DNA from: an uncultured Clostridium sp.
GTDB taxonomy: Bacteria; Bacillota; Clostridia; TANB77; CAG-508
Reading direction: 5' to 3'
Assembly: GCA_900553405.1 (NCBI GenBank)
Contig: USDF01000001.1
Location: 2,567 to 66,566, forward strand
Length of the DNA: 64,000 bases
The first letter of the stretch is position 1; each line of letters starts with the position of its first letter. The position numbers and the translations under genes were made by a program. This document shows positions 1 to 9,409 of the stretch, one piece after another. Under the pieces are notes generated by a model that was given only the letters and a program-made list of their open reading frames with translations, made no database searches and was not told where the DNA came from.

Positions 1-838
1 AGAAAGCATTATAATACCAAATCCCATAAGCATTATAATAAGTAAAGAAGAATAACCTTCTACATCTATTGCACCAGAAATTCTTCTGATTAATGTAACT
101 ATAAGTAAAATAAAAGCTGCAATAAAAGTTAAAACTCCTAAACCAGAAATAAATCTAATAGGGAAGTAAGAGAAACTTAAAATAGAATCTATTACTAATT
201 TTACTTTTTTAGAGAAGGTCCATCTAGATTTACCCGCTTCTCTTTTTAATCTAGTATATGGAACACTTGCTGTTTTAAAGCCACTCCATAAAATTTGACT
301 CATTAAAGATGTGTTTTTTTCAGCCATATTAACTAAAACGTCGATAACTTTTCTATCTATTAAGAAACTATCAAAACCACCTTTTGGATAATTTGGTAAA
401 GCAATTTTTCTCATCATATTTGCATATGTATTAGCTAAAAATGTTTGCATAAAAGATTCTTCTCTATCTGCTCTTGTTGCAATAACAACATCATTTCCTT
501 CATAGTATTTAGTAAGCATATCTATTATAAGTTCAGAAGGTTCTTGTAAATCTGCAGCTTTTCTAACAGCCATGTCTCCTGTACATCTAGAAAGACCTGC
601 TAATATAGCAGCATGTTCACCAAAATTTCTAGAAAGTCTCATTGTAACAATTTTATCGTCTAATTTTGCAATTTCTTGCATTACTTCATATGAATTGTCT
701 TTAGATCCATCATCTACAAAAATTAACTCATAATCAATTGAAAGCTTATTTAATACTTTTTCTCTTAAATCATTGTATAATGGAAGTAAACTTTCAGAGT
801 TATAGTATACTGGTACTATTATTGATAATTTTTTCATT
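1..838 (-). CDS. GT2 family glycosyltransferase (GtrB/ArnC-like polyprenyl-phosphate sugar transferase); C-terminus runs off window start
   Basis: Minus-strand translation starts MKKLSIIVPVYYNSESLLPLYNDLREKVL...FVDDGSKD, the typical DXD/GT-A N-terminus of bactoprenol glycosyltransferases. C-terminal TM helices present. Divergent from the downstream GT-C gene. Confidence 0.8.
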
Positions 839-969
839 TTAAAATCCCCTTTTATCAAAATGATATTATGCTCATTATTATATCACAAAAAAACAAAAAG
901 TAAACTAAAAAGACAAAAATATGCATAAAAATAGCACTTTTAAGGTTGTTGAAAAATGAAAAAAATTTA

Positions 970-998
970 TTGACTTTTTATATTTGCAAGTATATAAT
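970..998 (+). promoter_or_regulatory. sigma-A type promoter (TTGACT-17-TATAAT) upstream of GT-C/aminotransferase operon
   Basis: TTGACT at 970-975, 17-nt spacer, TATAAT at 993-998, about 40 nt upstream of the 1040 start. Confidence 0.45.
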
Positions 999-1039
999 AA
1001 AAATCACTATTATAAAGAGAAAAATAGGAAAATAAAAGG

Positions 1040-2383
1040 GTGAAAAAATTGAATAAAATACGTATTAAGGAAAAGTATATAAAAATAGCATTGATATTAC
1101 TTGTTTTTATGATGACACTTACTTGGGCAATTATACAACCAAATAATGAAGGACCAGATGAAGGCATGAAAATGGATATATGCCAATATATTGCGAACCA
1201 TGGAAAATTACCACATGGTGGAGAAGAAGAAATAAGAAATCCTATATGGGGAATATCTTATGGATTTACTCCAATATTATCTTATATAATAGGTGGATTG
1301 TTTGTAAAAATAGCAAGTAATTTTACTAGTGATATTCATATACTTTACATTGTTGCGAGATTAGTGAGTGTACTTTGCATTACAGCAATGAGTATAGTGA
1401 ATATAAAAATTGGAGAAAAACTATTTAAAAACAAATATTATAAATGGTTCTTTATAGTGCTTACAAGTGCATTGCCGCAAATAATATTTATAGGCTCTTA
1501 TATAAATAATGATTCATTAGCTTTGTTATCAATTTCAATTATCATATATGCTTGGTTGAATGGACTAGAAAACAAATGGAATATAAAGACTTGTATAATA
1601 TTTTCAATAGGATTAGCATTATGTGCCTTATCGTATTACAATGCATATGGTTATATATTAACAAGTGTAATTTTATTTATAGCATCATATTTTATAAATA
1701 AAAATGAAAATAACAAATTTGATTTTAAAAATATGTTTAAGAAAGGAATAATAATTGCTGGAATAACATTTTTATTATGTGGATGGTGGTTCATAAGAAA
1801 TGCAGTAATTTATAAAGGAGATTTCTTAGGACTAAGTACAGAGGAAGAATATTCTGAGCAATATGCTATGGAAGAATTTAAGCCAACTAATAGAAAAACT
1901 CCACAAAACACAAATATGGGATTATTTAATATGTTATTTAAAAAAGGTTGGGTAATTGTAACATTAAAGAGTTTTGTAGGAGTATTTGGAACAATGATAA
2001 TCACAATGGGAACAAAATTCTATTTACTTTACTTTGGAGTATTTGCTATTGGAATAATAGGATATATATCAAGATTTTATAAACTTAAACATATAAAAGA
2101 AGATAAAAATAAATCATTATTAGAAATAATATTTGGAATAAATATTGTGATACCAATTGGCTTAAGTATATATTATTCATATTGCAATGATTTTCAACCA
2201 CAAGGAAGATATATAATGCCAATGTTAATACCATTTATGTATTTTGTTGTATTAGGGTTAGAAAACATATTAGATAAATTTATAAAAAACAAAAAAGCAA
2301 AAAAAGTAGTACAAATTTTGATAATAATTATAGGAATATTATTGCCAATACATTGCCTAATAAGAATGATTCAAAAATATTAA
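1040..2383 (+). CDS. GT-C fold membrane glycosyltransferase (ArnT/PMT/GtrC-like, polyprenyl-phosphate-sugar dependent)
   Basis: 447 aa polytopic membrane protein. First periplasmic loop carries GPDEG (the DE motif of GT-C enzymes). Sits between the GT2 and aminotransferase genes. Confidence 0.6.
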   Translation: MKKLNKIRIKEKYIKIALILLVFMMTLTWAIIQPNNEGPDEGMKMDICQYIANHGKLPHGGEEEIRNPIWGISYGFTPILSYIIGGLFVKIASNFTSDIHILYIVARLVSVLCITAMSIVNIKIGEKLFKNKYYKWFFIVLTSALPQIIFIGSYINNDSLALLSISIIIYAWLNGLENKWNIKTCIIFSIGLALCALSYYNAYGYILTSVILFIASYFINKNENNKFDFKNMFKKGIIIAGITFLLCGWWFIRNAVIYKGDFLGLSTEEEYSEQYAMEEFKPTNRKTPQNTNMGLFNMLFKKGWVIVTLKSFVGVFGTMIITMGTKFYLLYFGVFAIGIIGYISRFYKLKHIKEDKNKSLLEIIFGINIVIPIGLSIYYSYCNDFQPQGRYIMPMLIPFMYFVVLGLENILDKFIKNKKAKKVVQILIIIIGILLPIHCLIRMIQKY

Positions 2384-2405
2384 TTATAGAAAGAGGAAAA
2401 ATAAA

Positions 2406-3545
2406 ATGATAGGATTTAATATACCACCAGTTATAGGAACTGAAGAAAAATATGTAAAACAAGCAATAGAAGCACATAAAATTTGCGGAGATGGAGAGTT
2501 TACAAAAAAGTGTAAAGAATGGATGGAAAATAGATTTAAAGCGGAAGAAGTTCTTCTTACAACTTCATGCTCTAGTGCTTTAGAAATGGCAGCACTTTTG
2601 GCAGATATAAAACCAGGAGACGAAGTTATTATGCCAGCATTCACATTTGTGTCTACTGCAAATGCATTTGTTTTAAGAGGGGCTAAAATAGTATTTGTTG
2701 ATATTAGACCAGATACTATGAATATAGATGAAAAATTAATAGAAGCGGCTATTACAGATAGAACTAAAGCGATAGTTCCTGTTCATTATGCAGGTGTAGC
2801 TTGTGAAATGGATAAAATATTAGAGATTGCTAAAAAACATAATTTATTAGTAATTGAAGATGCTGCACAAGGAGTTATGGCGAAATATAAAGATAAATAT
2901 TTAGGAACCATTGGAGATATAGGCTGTTATTCTTTCCATGAAACCAAAAATTATAGTTCTGGTGAAGGTGGAGCAGTAGTATTTAAAGATAATAGATATA
3001 CGGAAATGGCTGAAATTATAAGAGAAAAAGGAACTAATAGAAGTAAATTTTTTAGAGGTCAAGTAGACAAATATACATGGGTAGAATGTGGATCATCATA
3101 TTTGCCAAGTGATATAAATGCAGCATATTTATGGGCAGAATTAGAACAAGCAGATAGAATAAACGATAATAGACTTGATACATGGAATTATTATAATGAA
3201 AATTTAAAAATATTAGAAGATGAAGGATATATACAAAGACCTTACATTCCAGAAGAATGCAAACATAATGCACATATGTATTATATAAAAGCAAAAGATT
3301 TAGAGGAAAGAACAAATTTAATTAAATATTTAAAAGAAAATGGAGTACAAGCAGTATTTCATTATATTCCACTTCATACTGCACCAGCAGGAATTAAGTA
3401 TGGTAGATTTAATGGTGAAGATAAATATACAACAAAAGAAAGTGATAGATTATTAAGACTACCAATGTATTATAATCTACAAAAAGAAGACGCAGAAAAA
3501 GTGGTACAAACTATAAAAGATTTTTATACAAAGAATGTTAAATAA
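2406..3545 (+). CDS. DegT/DnrJ/EryC1 family PLP aminotransferase (WecE/ArnB-like, NDP-4-keto-sugar aminotransferase)
   Basis: N-terminus MIGFNIPPVIGTEEKYVKQAIEAHKICGDGEFTKKC matches the WecE/RffA start. Full-length 379 aa. Confidence 0.85.
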   Translation: MIGFNIPPVIGTEEKYVKQAIEAHKICGDGEFTKKCKEWMENRFKAEEVLLTTSCSSALEMAALLADIKPGDEVIMPAFTFVSTANAFVLRGAKIVFVDIRPDTMNIDEKLIEAAITDRTKAIVPVHYAGVACEMDKILEIAKKHNLLVIEDAAQGVMAKYKDKYLGTIGDIGCYSFHETKNYSSGEGGAVVFKDNRYTEMAEIIREKGTNRSKFFRGQVDKYTWVECGSSYLPSDINAAYLWAELEQADRINDNRLDTWNYYNENLKILEDEGYIQRPYIPEECKHNAHMYYIKAKDLEERTNLIKYLKENGVQAVFHYIPLHTAPAGIKYGRFNGEDKYTTKESDRLLRLPMYYNLQKEDAEKVVQTIKDFYTKNVK

Positions 3546-3569
3546 TTTTTGTAAAAGAGGAATTTAAAT

Positions 3570-4724
3570 ATGAAGAAAATAGCGATAATTGGAGCAAATG
3601 ATTTTCAAAATCCATTAATATTAAAAGCAAAAAGTTTAGGATACGAAACACATGTATTTGCATGGCAAGACGGATCTATTGGAGAAAAAACTGCAGATTA
3701 TTTTTATCCAATAAGTATAGTAGAAAAAGATGAAATTTTAAAAAAGTGTAAAGAAATAGGAATAGATGCAATTGCAACAATAGCATCAGATTTAGCAACA
3801 TTAACAGTTAACTATGTGGCTGAAAAATTAGGATTGCCAGGAAATTCTCTAGAATGCACTAAAAAGTCTACAAATAAATATGAAATGAGAAAGGCATTTA
3901 AAGAAACGGGAGTAGCAACTCCTGGATTTGAAATAGTATCTTCTCCTGAAGATATAGAAAAATTAAGTAATATGGAATATCCACTAATTGTAAAACCTAC
4001 AGACAGATCAGGAAGTAGAGCCATTACCAAAATTTATAAAAAAGAAGAGTTAGAAGAAGCAATTTCAAAAGCTATAGAAAATTCATTTGAGAAAAAAGCA
4101 ATAGTAGAAGAATATATTGAAGGAAATGAATTTAGTGCAGAAGGAATAACATACAATGGAGAACATAAATTTCTAACAATTACAAGAAAAGCAACTACTG
4201 GAGCACCTCATTTTATAGAAACAGGTCATATTGAGCCAGCAGGGCTTACTAAGAATATGGAAGAAAAAATTTATAATGAACTTACAAAAGCATTAACAGC
4301 ATTAAAAATAACTAATAGTGCAACACATTCAGAATTTAAAATTACACCTAACGGAGATATTAGAATAATTGAGATAGGTGCAAGAATGGGCGGAGATTGT
4401 ATAGGTTCAGATTTAGTACAAATTTCCACAGGATATGATTTTGTAAAAATGGTTATAGATGTAGCAATGGGAAATAAACCTTCATTTGAAAAGGTAACAG
4501 AGCCTAAAATAGCAGTTATAAGATTCATATTTAATAAAAAAGACCTAGAAGATTTTGAAAGAGTAAAAAAAGAAGCACCAGAATTAATCTATTTTGTAAG
4601 CAAAATAGAAGATATTTCCTCACACAAAGTTGTAGATAGTTCTTCAAGATTTGGATTTTATATACTTGCGTGTGAAAATAAAGAAAAGATTAGGTGGTTA
4701 TTGAACGAAGATGAACAATATTAA
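3570..4724 (+). CDS. ATP-grasp domain ligase
   Basis: 384 aa. N-terminal pre-ATP-grasp fold (KKIAIIGANDF), then the central ATP-grasp (EYPLIVKPTDRSGSRAI...EEYIEGNEFSAEG). Translationally coupled to the neighbouring genes. Confidence 0.75.
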   Translation: MKKIAIIGANDFQNPLILKAKSLGYETHVFAWQDGSIGEKTADYFYPISIVEKDEILKKCKEIGIDAIATIASDLATLTVNYVAEKLGLPGNSLECTKKSTNKYEMRKAFKETGVATPGFEIVSSPEDIEKLSNMEYPLIVKPTDRSGSRAITKIYKKEELEEAISKAIENSFEKKAIVEEYIEGNEFSAEGITYNGEHKFLTITRKATTGAPHFIETGHIEPAGLTKNMEEKIYNELTKALTALKITNSATHSEFKITPNGDIRIIEIGARMGGDCIGSDLVQISTGYDFVKMVIDVAMGNKPSFEKVTEPKIAVIRFIFNKKDLEDFERVKKEAPELIYFVSKIEDISSHKVVDSSSRFGFYILACENKEKIRWLLNEDEQY

Positions 4725-5142
4725 TAGTAATGGAAATTTCGAAAATATAGAAGAACAAAGAAGTTTAGAATTAAAAGATAAAAGTAATGCTAAAAAAGAT
4801 AAGAAAAAATTTATTAAAAACATTATAATACTCCAAGTAATAATTCTTATTTATACATTGTCAACAGTAACAGCAAAATTTGCATCAAATGAAGAATTCT
4901 TAAGCCTAAAATTTATATTGTTTTATGGTCTAGAAATATTTATACTAGGTGTTTATGCAATACTTTGGCAACAAATAATAAAGAAATTTGAAATATCAGT
5001 TGCGTATGCTAATAGAGCAATGTCTCTTTTATGGTCAATAGTATGGGCAATAGTATTTTTTGGAGAACAAATTACCTTAAAAAATGTAATAGGAGTAATA
5101 ATTGTAATAATAGGTACAATTATAGTGAATAGCGATGAATAG
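4711..5142 (+). CDS. small 4-TM DMT/SMR-like membrane protein (ArnE/EamA-like flippase subunit)
   Basis: 143 aa: hydrophilic N-terminus followed by 4 predicted TM helices. Overlaps the next small membrane gene by 8 nt. Confidence 0.55.
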   Translation: MNNINSNGNFENIEEQRSLELKDKSNAKKDKKKFIKNIIILQVIILIYTLSTVTAKFASNEEFLSLKFILFYGLEIFILGVYAILWQQIIKKFEISVAYANRAMSLLWSIVWAIVFFGEQITLKNVIGVIIVIIGTIIVNSDE

Positions 5143-5470
5143 TTATGTGTTTTTATTAATAGCCTCTGTTTTAATAGCGTCATGCTCACAAATAATATTA
5201 AAAAAGAGTGCATCAAAAGAGTATAGTTCAATTATTAGAGAATATTTAAATGTAAGAGTAATTGTAGGATATGGAATGATGTTTATATCTACAATACTTA
5301 CAATATTTGCATTTAAAGGTTTAGATTATAAAAATGGCCCAATAATTGAATCTTTAGGATACATATTTATAATGTTTTTAAGTAGAATTTTTCTAAAAGA
5401 AAAAATAACAAAGAAAAAAATAATAGGTAATTCGTTAATACTTTTAGGAATATTAGTATTTTATATTTAA
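5135..5470 (+). CDS. small 4-TM DMT/SMR-like membrane protein (ArnF-like flippase subunit)
   Basis: 111 aa, 4 hydrophobic helices. Paired with the preceding gene like the ArnE/ArnF heterodimer. Confidence 0.55.
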   Translation: MNSYVFLLIASVLIASCSQIILKKSASKEYSSIIREYLNVRVIVGYGMMFISTILTIFAFKGLDYKNGPIIESLGYIFIMFLSRIFLKEKITKKKIIGNSLILLGILVFYI

Positions 5471-5471
5471 A

Positions 5472-5514
5472 AAGGACATTTTGGGACTTACTCACTTTTG
5501 CTCTTTACATAAAA
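5472..5514 (+). repeat. copy A (degenerate) of a dispersed ~42-nt 3'-intergenic hairpin repeat
   Basis: aaggacattttgggacttactcacttttgctctttacataaaa. Related copies at 8083, 37892 and 50116. Confidence 0.6.
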
Positions 5515-5528
5515 CTACAAAGTATCAA

Positions 5529-5561
5529 TGTCAATAGGGATGCTCCTTATTGACATTTTTT
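5529..5561 (+). terminator. rho-independent terminator
   Basis: tgtcaatagggatgctccttattgaca, a 12-bp stem, followed by TTTTTT. Confidence 0.8.
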
Positions 5562-5608
5562 GTGTAGTAATATAATATTAATTTAAATAGAAAAGAAAGT
5601 AGGAAAAT

Positions 5609-6484
5609 ATGAAATATATATTTATAATAAATGCTATAGCAGGTAGAGGAAGATATAAAAAGATATTACCAAATATAGAAAAAATATGTAAAGAAAGAAA
5701 CATTGAATATGAAATAAGATATATTTCAGAAGAAAAAGATGGTTCACAAATAGCTTTAGAATACAAAGACGAAGAAAATGTAATATATGTAGTTGGTGGA
5801 GATGGAACAATAACAAGGACTTTGGCTGGTATAGTAGGAACAAAAAATAAATTAGGTGTTATTCCATCAGGTTCTGGAAATGATACGTATAGAACAATAA
5901 AAATGTTACCAGATAAAGAAACTAAAATAGATTTAGCTAAAATAAATGATACTTATTTTATAAATGTAGCATGTACAGGTGTAGATGCTGAAGTTGCAAA
6001 TAACATAGATAAATTAAGGAAAACAAAAATTCCGACAAGTCAACTTTATAATGCAAGTATTGTGTATACGTTTGTGAATTTTAAACATAAAAGAATGAAA
6101 CTTCATACAAGTATAAAAGATATTGATTCAAAATATACAATATTAAGTATATGTAATGGCGCGTATTATGGAGGAGGATTTAATATAGCTCCAAAAGCAG
6201 AATTAACAGATGGACTTTTAGATATTTATTATGCAGAAAAAATGTCTAAAATAAAGATGATACCGCTTCTACTAAAAATGAAAAGAGGAAAACATGAAGG
6301 AAAAAGAAAAATACATAAATTTAGGACAAATCACGTAGAAATAGATTTTGAAGAAGAAATTACATTTAATGTAGATGGAGAAAAAGTAACTAATAATCAT
6401 TTTACAATAGATATTTTACCGAAAATAATTACAGTATATAATGATGATGAATTTGTTGAAGAAGTAATAAAAGGAAAAAATTAA
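5609..6484 (+). CDS. diacylglycerol/lipid kinase family protein (DAGK_cat; YegS/DgkB-like)
   Basis: IFIINAIAGRGR ... VVGGDGT...GVIPSGSGND are the conserved DAGK catalytic-domain motifs. Confidence 0.8.
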   Translation: MKYIFIINAIAGRGRYKKILPNIEKICKERNIEYEIRYISEEKDGSQIALEYKDEENVIYVVGGDGTITRTLAGIVGTKNKLGVIPSGSGNDTYRTIKMLPDKETKIDLAKINDTYFINVACTGVDAEVANNIDKLRKTKIPTSQLYNASIVYTFVNFKHKRMKLHTSIKDIDSKYTILSICNGAYYGGGFNIAPKAELTDGLLDIYYAEKMSKIKMIPLLLKMKRGKHEGKRKIHKFRTNHVEIDFEEEITFNVDGEKVTNNHFTIDILPKIITVYNDDEFVEEVIKGKN

Positions 6485-6599
6485 TAATTTAGAAAAATAA
6501 ATTACCAAATTGGCACGGAAAAAATGGCAAAAATATAAATTATAATATACATTTATGATAAGATAATAAGCATAAAAATAAAATGAAAGAGGGAGAATA

Positions 6600-8012
6600 A
6601 TGAGAAAAATAAAAACTTTATCAATATTATTTATAGCATGCTTATTAGCTAGTTTAATATTTCCAATGTATGTAAATAAAGTATATGCTGGAATCAAAAA
6701 TGAAGTAACATTAAATTTTAAAGGTGGAACAATTCATGATGGCTATGTAGAATATAGCAAAAAAGCGAAATTACAATTATTCAAAGGAGATGAGTTAGTT
6801 ACTAATATTTCAAATAATATGGTAATTGATTTAAACGAAGCAGAGTACAAGTTTGTAATTGAAGAAATTGAAGATTCAAGTCTTTCTAGTGTTAATACCC
6901 ACATAAGATTAAATATTAATAATTGGTATTACCCAATGACAACAATAGTAGGTGAAGCTAAATCTACATTCAAATTAGAATCAAGTAAATTTAGTGGAAC
7001 ATTAGATGTTAAATTTGTAAGAACCAATATTGCTATTAACACAACAGTTAAAAATGTTTATAATGATATATCATCAAAAGGTGTAATAGATTTGACTAAT
7101 GGTAAAGAATATGTAATAGATTTTTCTAAAACTGATGAATTGACAGAAGGATTAAAATCATTTGCAGATTTAGACAAAACACTATATTATAAGAGAAGCA
7201 ATGATGGTCTATTAGCAACAGACAATGAAAGTGAAGCTGTTATAAAGATTGTTGGAAATAGGTCAGAGAATAAAGCAATATTAACTGCAGTAAATGTTGG
7301 AACTAAAAAAAATGAAGTTTTTAAAGGATTTCATACTCAATATACAGGTTCTAAATTGAGTTTTACTGGCTCAGATGGTGAAATTTTGAATGAAACAAGA
7401 TTTGATTATTATACTAGATGTACTTATGATTACACATTTAAATATGTAAAAGAAGAAGTTAAACCAAAAGAGTATAAAGTTATTGAAGGTGCAAACCAAA
7501 AATACACAATAGATGAATCAAAAAATGCAACATTTAGAATAAATGCAGAATATAATATATTTGAAAATGGTGGAAAAGTATATGTAGATAATACTTTAGT
7601 AGATAATAACAATTATACTTCTAAATCAGGTAGCACAATAATAACTTTAAAAGATGCTTATTTAAAAACATTGTCTGTTGGAGAACATACTTTGAAAGTA
7701 GCTTTTACAGATAGTGGAGAAGCAACAACTAAGTTTGAAATAGCTAAAAAAGTAGAAGAAAATAAAGACAATAACAGCAATAATAACAATAGTAATAAAA
7801 ATGATAATAACAATAATAATAATAATGACAACAGCGATAACAACGATAATATTGATAATACTACTTCAAACACAGAAAACGAAAATAAAGAAGAAATTAT
7901 CTCAAATCCAAAAACTGGAGATAATGTAATGCTATATGTAACAATAGCAAGTGTGTCAATATTAGTTTTAGGAGCAACAACAATGGTTTCTAGAAAGAGA
8001 AAAATGAATTAA
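6600..8012 (+). CDS. cell-wall anchored surface protein with NPKTG (sortase B-type) sorting signal
   Basis: N-terminal signal peptide (MRKIKTLSILFIACLLASLIFPMYVNKVYA). Asn/Asp-rich low-complexity linker. C-terminal NPKTG + hydrophobic stretch + RKRKMN tail. Confidence 0.7.
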   Translation: MRKIKTLSILFIACLLASLIFPMYVNKVYAGIKNEVTLNFKGGTIHDGYVEYSKKAKLQLFKGDELVTNISNNMVIDLNEAEYKFVIEEIEDSSLSSVNTHIRLNINNWYYPMTTIVGEAKSTFKLESSKFSGTLDVKFVRTNIAINTTVKNVYNDISSKGVIDLTNGKEYVIDFSKTDELTEGLKSFADLDKTLYYKRSNDGLLATDNESEAVIKIVGNRSENKAILTAVNVGTKKNEVFKGFHTQYTGSKLSFTGSDGEILNETRFDYYTRCTYDYTFKYVKEEVKPKEYKVIEGANQKYTIDESKNATFRINAEYNIFENGGKVYVDNTLVDNNNYTSKSGSTIITLKDAYLKTLSVGEHTLKVAFTDSGEATTKFEIAKKVEENKDNNSNNNNSNKNDNNNNNNNDNSDNNDNIDNTTSNTENENKEEIISNPKTGDNVMLYVTIASVSILVLGATTMVSRKRKMN

Positions 8013-8037
8013 AATAATAAAAAACATCAATATATAA

Positions 8038-8068
8038 AACAAGGTATATTAAATGCCTTGTTTTTTTA
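8038..8068 (+). terminator. rho-independent terminator
   Basis: acaaggtatattaaatgccttgt followed by a T-run. Confidence 0.7.
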
Positions 8069-8082
8069 TAATATAAATGATA

Positions 8083-8127
8083 TAAATAATGCAAAGGACA
8101 TTTGGGGACGGGTCACATTTGTCCTTT
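8083..8127 (+). repeat. copy B of dispersed 3'-intergenic hairpin repeat
   Basis: aaggacatttggggacgggtcacatttgtcctttgtaaattgaaa. Confidence 0.7.
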
Positions 8128-8346
8128 GTAAATTGAAATATAAAAAATGAAAAATTTTGTTTCATATTATAAAAATACCTTAAATCCTGTGTTATTTAGT
8201 GTTGTTTAGTATCGTTTGACCTTTTGAAAATGAACAAAATAGCATTAAATAATATTAAACATAACTAAACGAAAAAATTAAATTTGAGACTTTTATTCGT
8301 CTTAATTAGTCTCAATAAAAAATAACATATGAAAGGAGTAAAATAA

Positions 8347-9372
8347 ATGAGTAATATAACAATTGGAAATGAAAAAAATATTTTATTTTATAGTGATGAA
8401 AATGGACAAACCAAAGTAGAAGTAATTCTACAAGATGAAAATGTTTGGTTAAATGTAAATGCAATAGCTACTCTTTTTGATGTACAAAGACCTGCTATTG
8501 TAAAGCATATAAATAATATATACAATGATGAAGAATTAAGTAGGAAATCAACTTGTTCCATTTTGGAACAAGTTCAAGTGGAGGGAACTCGAAGTGTTAA
8601 AAGGCAAAAGGAATATTATAATCTAGATATGATTATTTCTATCGGGTTTAGAGTTAATTCTAAAAAAGCAATTAAATTTAGAACTTGGGCAAATAAGATA
8701 ATTAAAGATTATATGATACAAGGTTTTGCACTTGATGATAATAGATTTATGAAATCAAGAAAATCTGATCAAGAATATTTTAAAAGATTACTTGAAAGAA
8801 TAAAATTAATTCGTACTAGTGAGAGAATGTTTTATCAAAAAATTACAGATATCTTTGCTGAGTGTTCTATTGATTATGATAAAAATAGCGATATAGCAAA
8901 AGATTTTTATGCAACTATTCAAAATAAATTTCACTATGCTATTACTGGGAGTACTGCAGCAGAAATTATTTACAACAGAGTTGATAGTCAAAAAGTGAAT
9001 ATGGGATTAACAAATTGGGATAAATCTCCTGATGGAAAAATCTTAAAATCAGATGTTTCTGTTGCTAAAAATTATTTAGATGAAAAAGAAATAAAAAAAC
9101 TAAATAATTTGGTGAACTTATTTTTAGATATTGCAGAAAATAATGCAGAAAGAAATTTATCAATGAGTATGAATGAATGGAAGAATGAAGTAGAAACATC
9201 TTTAAAATTATTTCATTATGATGTATTGCAAGGCAAAGGAAAAATCTCTGCTGAAAAAGCAAAACAAAAAGCAGAAAATGAATATGAAAAATACAAAATT
9301 ATACAAGATAAAAAATTTGTTTCTGATTTTGATAAATTACTAATTGAAACAGAAAAGATAGAAAAGCATTAG
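8347..9372 (+). CDS. RhuM-family protein (virulence-associated / Fic-DOC-related DNA-binding family)
   Basis: 341 aa. N-terminus (ILFYSDENGQTKVEVILQDENVWLNVNAIATLF) recalled as typical of RhuM-family proteins. Confidence 0.55.
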   Translation: MSNITIGNEKNILFYSDENGQTKVEVILQDENVWLNVNAIATLFDVQRPAIVKHINNIYNDEELSRKSTCSILEQVQVEGTRSVKRQKEYYNLDMIISIGFRVNSKKAIKFRTWANKIIKDYMIQGFALDDNRFMKSRKSDQEYFKRLLERIKLIRTSERMFYQKITDIFAECSIDYDKNSDIAKDFYATIQNKFHYAITGSTAAEIIYNRVDSQKVNMGLTNWDKSPDGKILKSDVSVAKNYLDEKEIKKLNNLVNLFLDIAENNAERNLSMSMNEWKNEVETSLKLFHYDVLQGKGKISAEKAKQKAENEYEKYKIIQDKKFVSDFDKLLIETEKIEKH

Positions 9373-9409
9373 AAATAATTACAATATGAATTATAAGAGG
9401 TGAATAAAA

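Noticed and set aside
967-1167. 66-aa minus-strand ORF across the promoter region
   Set aside because: It overlaps the promoter/RBS and start of the GT-C gene on the opposite strand; no supporting signals.
7740-7900. Possible tandem DNA repeat or CRISPR-like periodicity in aataacaataataat... stretch
   Set aside because: It is in-frame coding low complexity (Asn/Asp-rich linker of the surface protein), not a repeat-spacer array. No CRISPR array or cas genes anywhere in the window.
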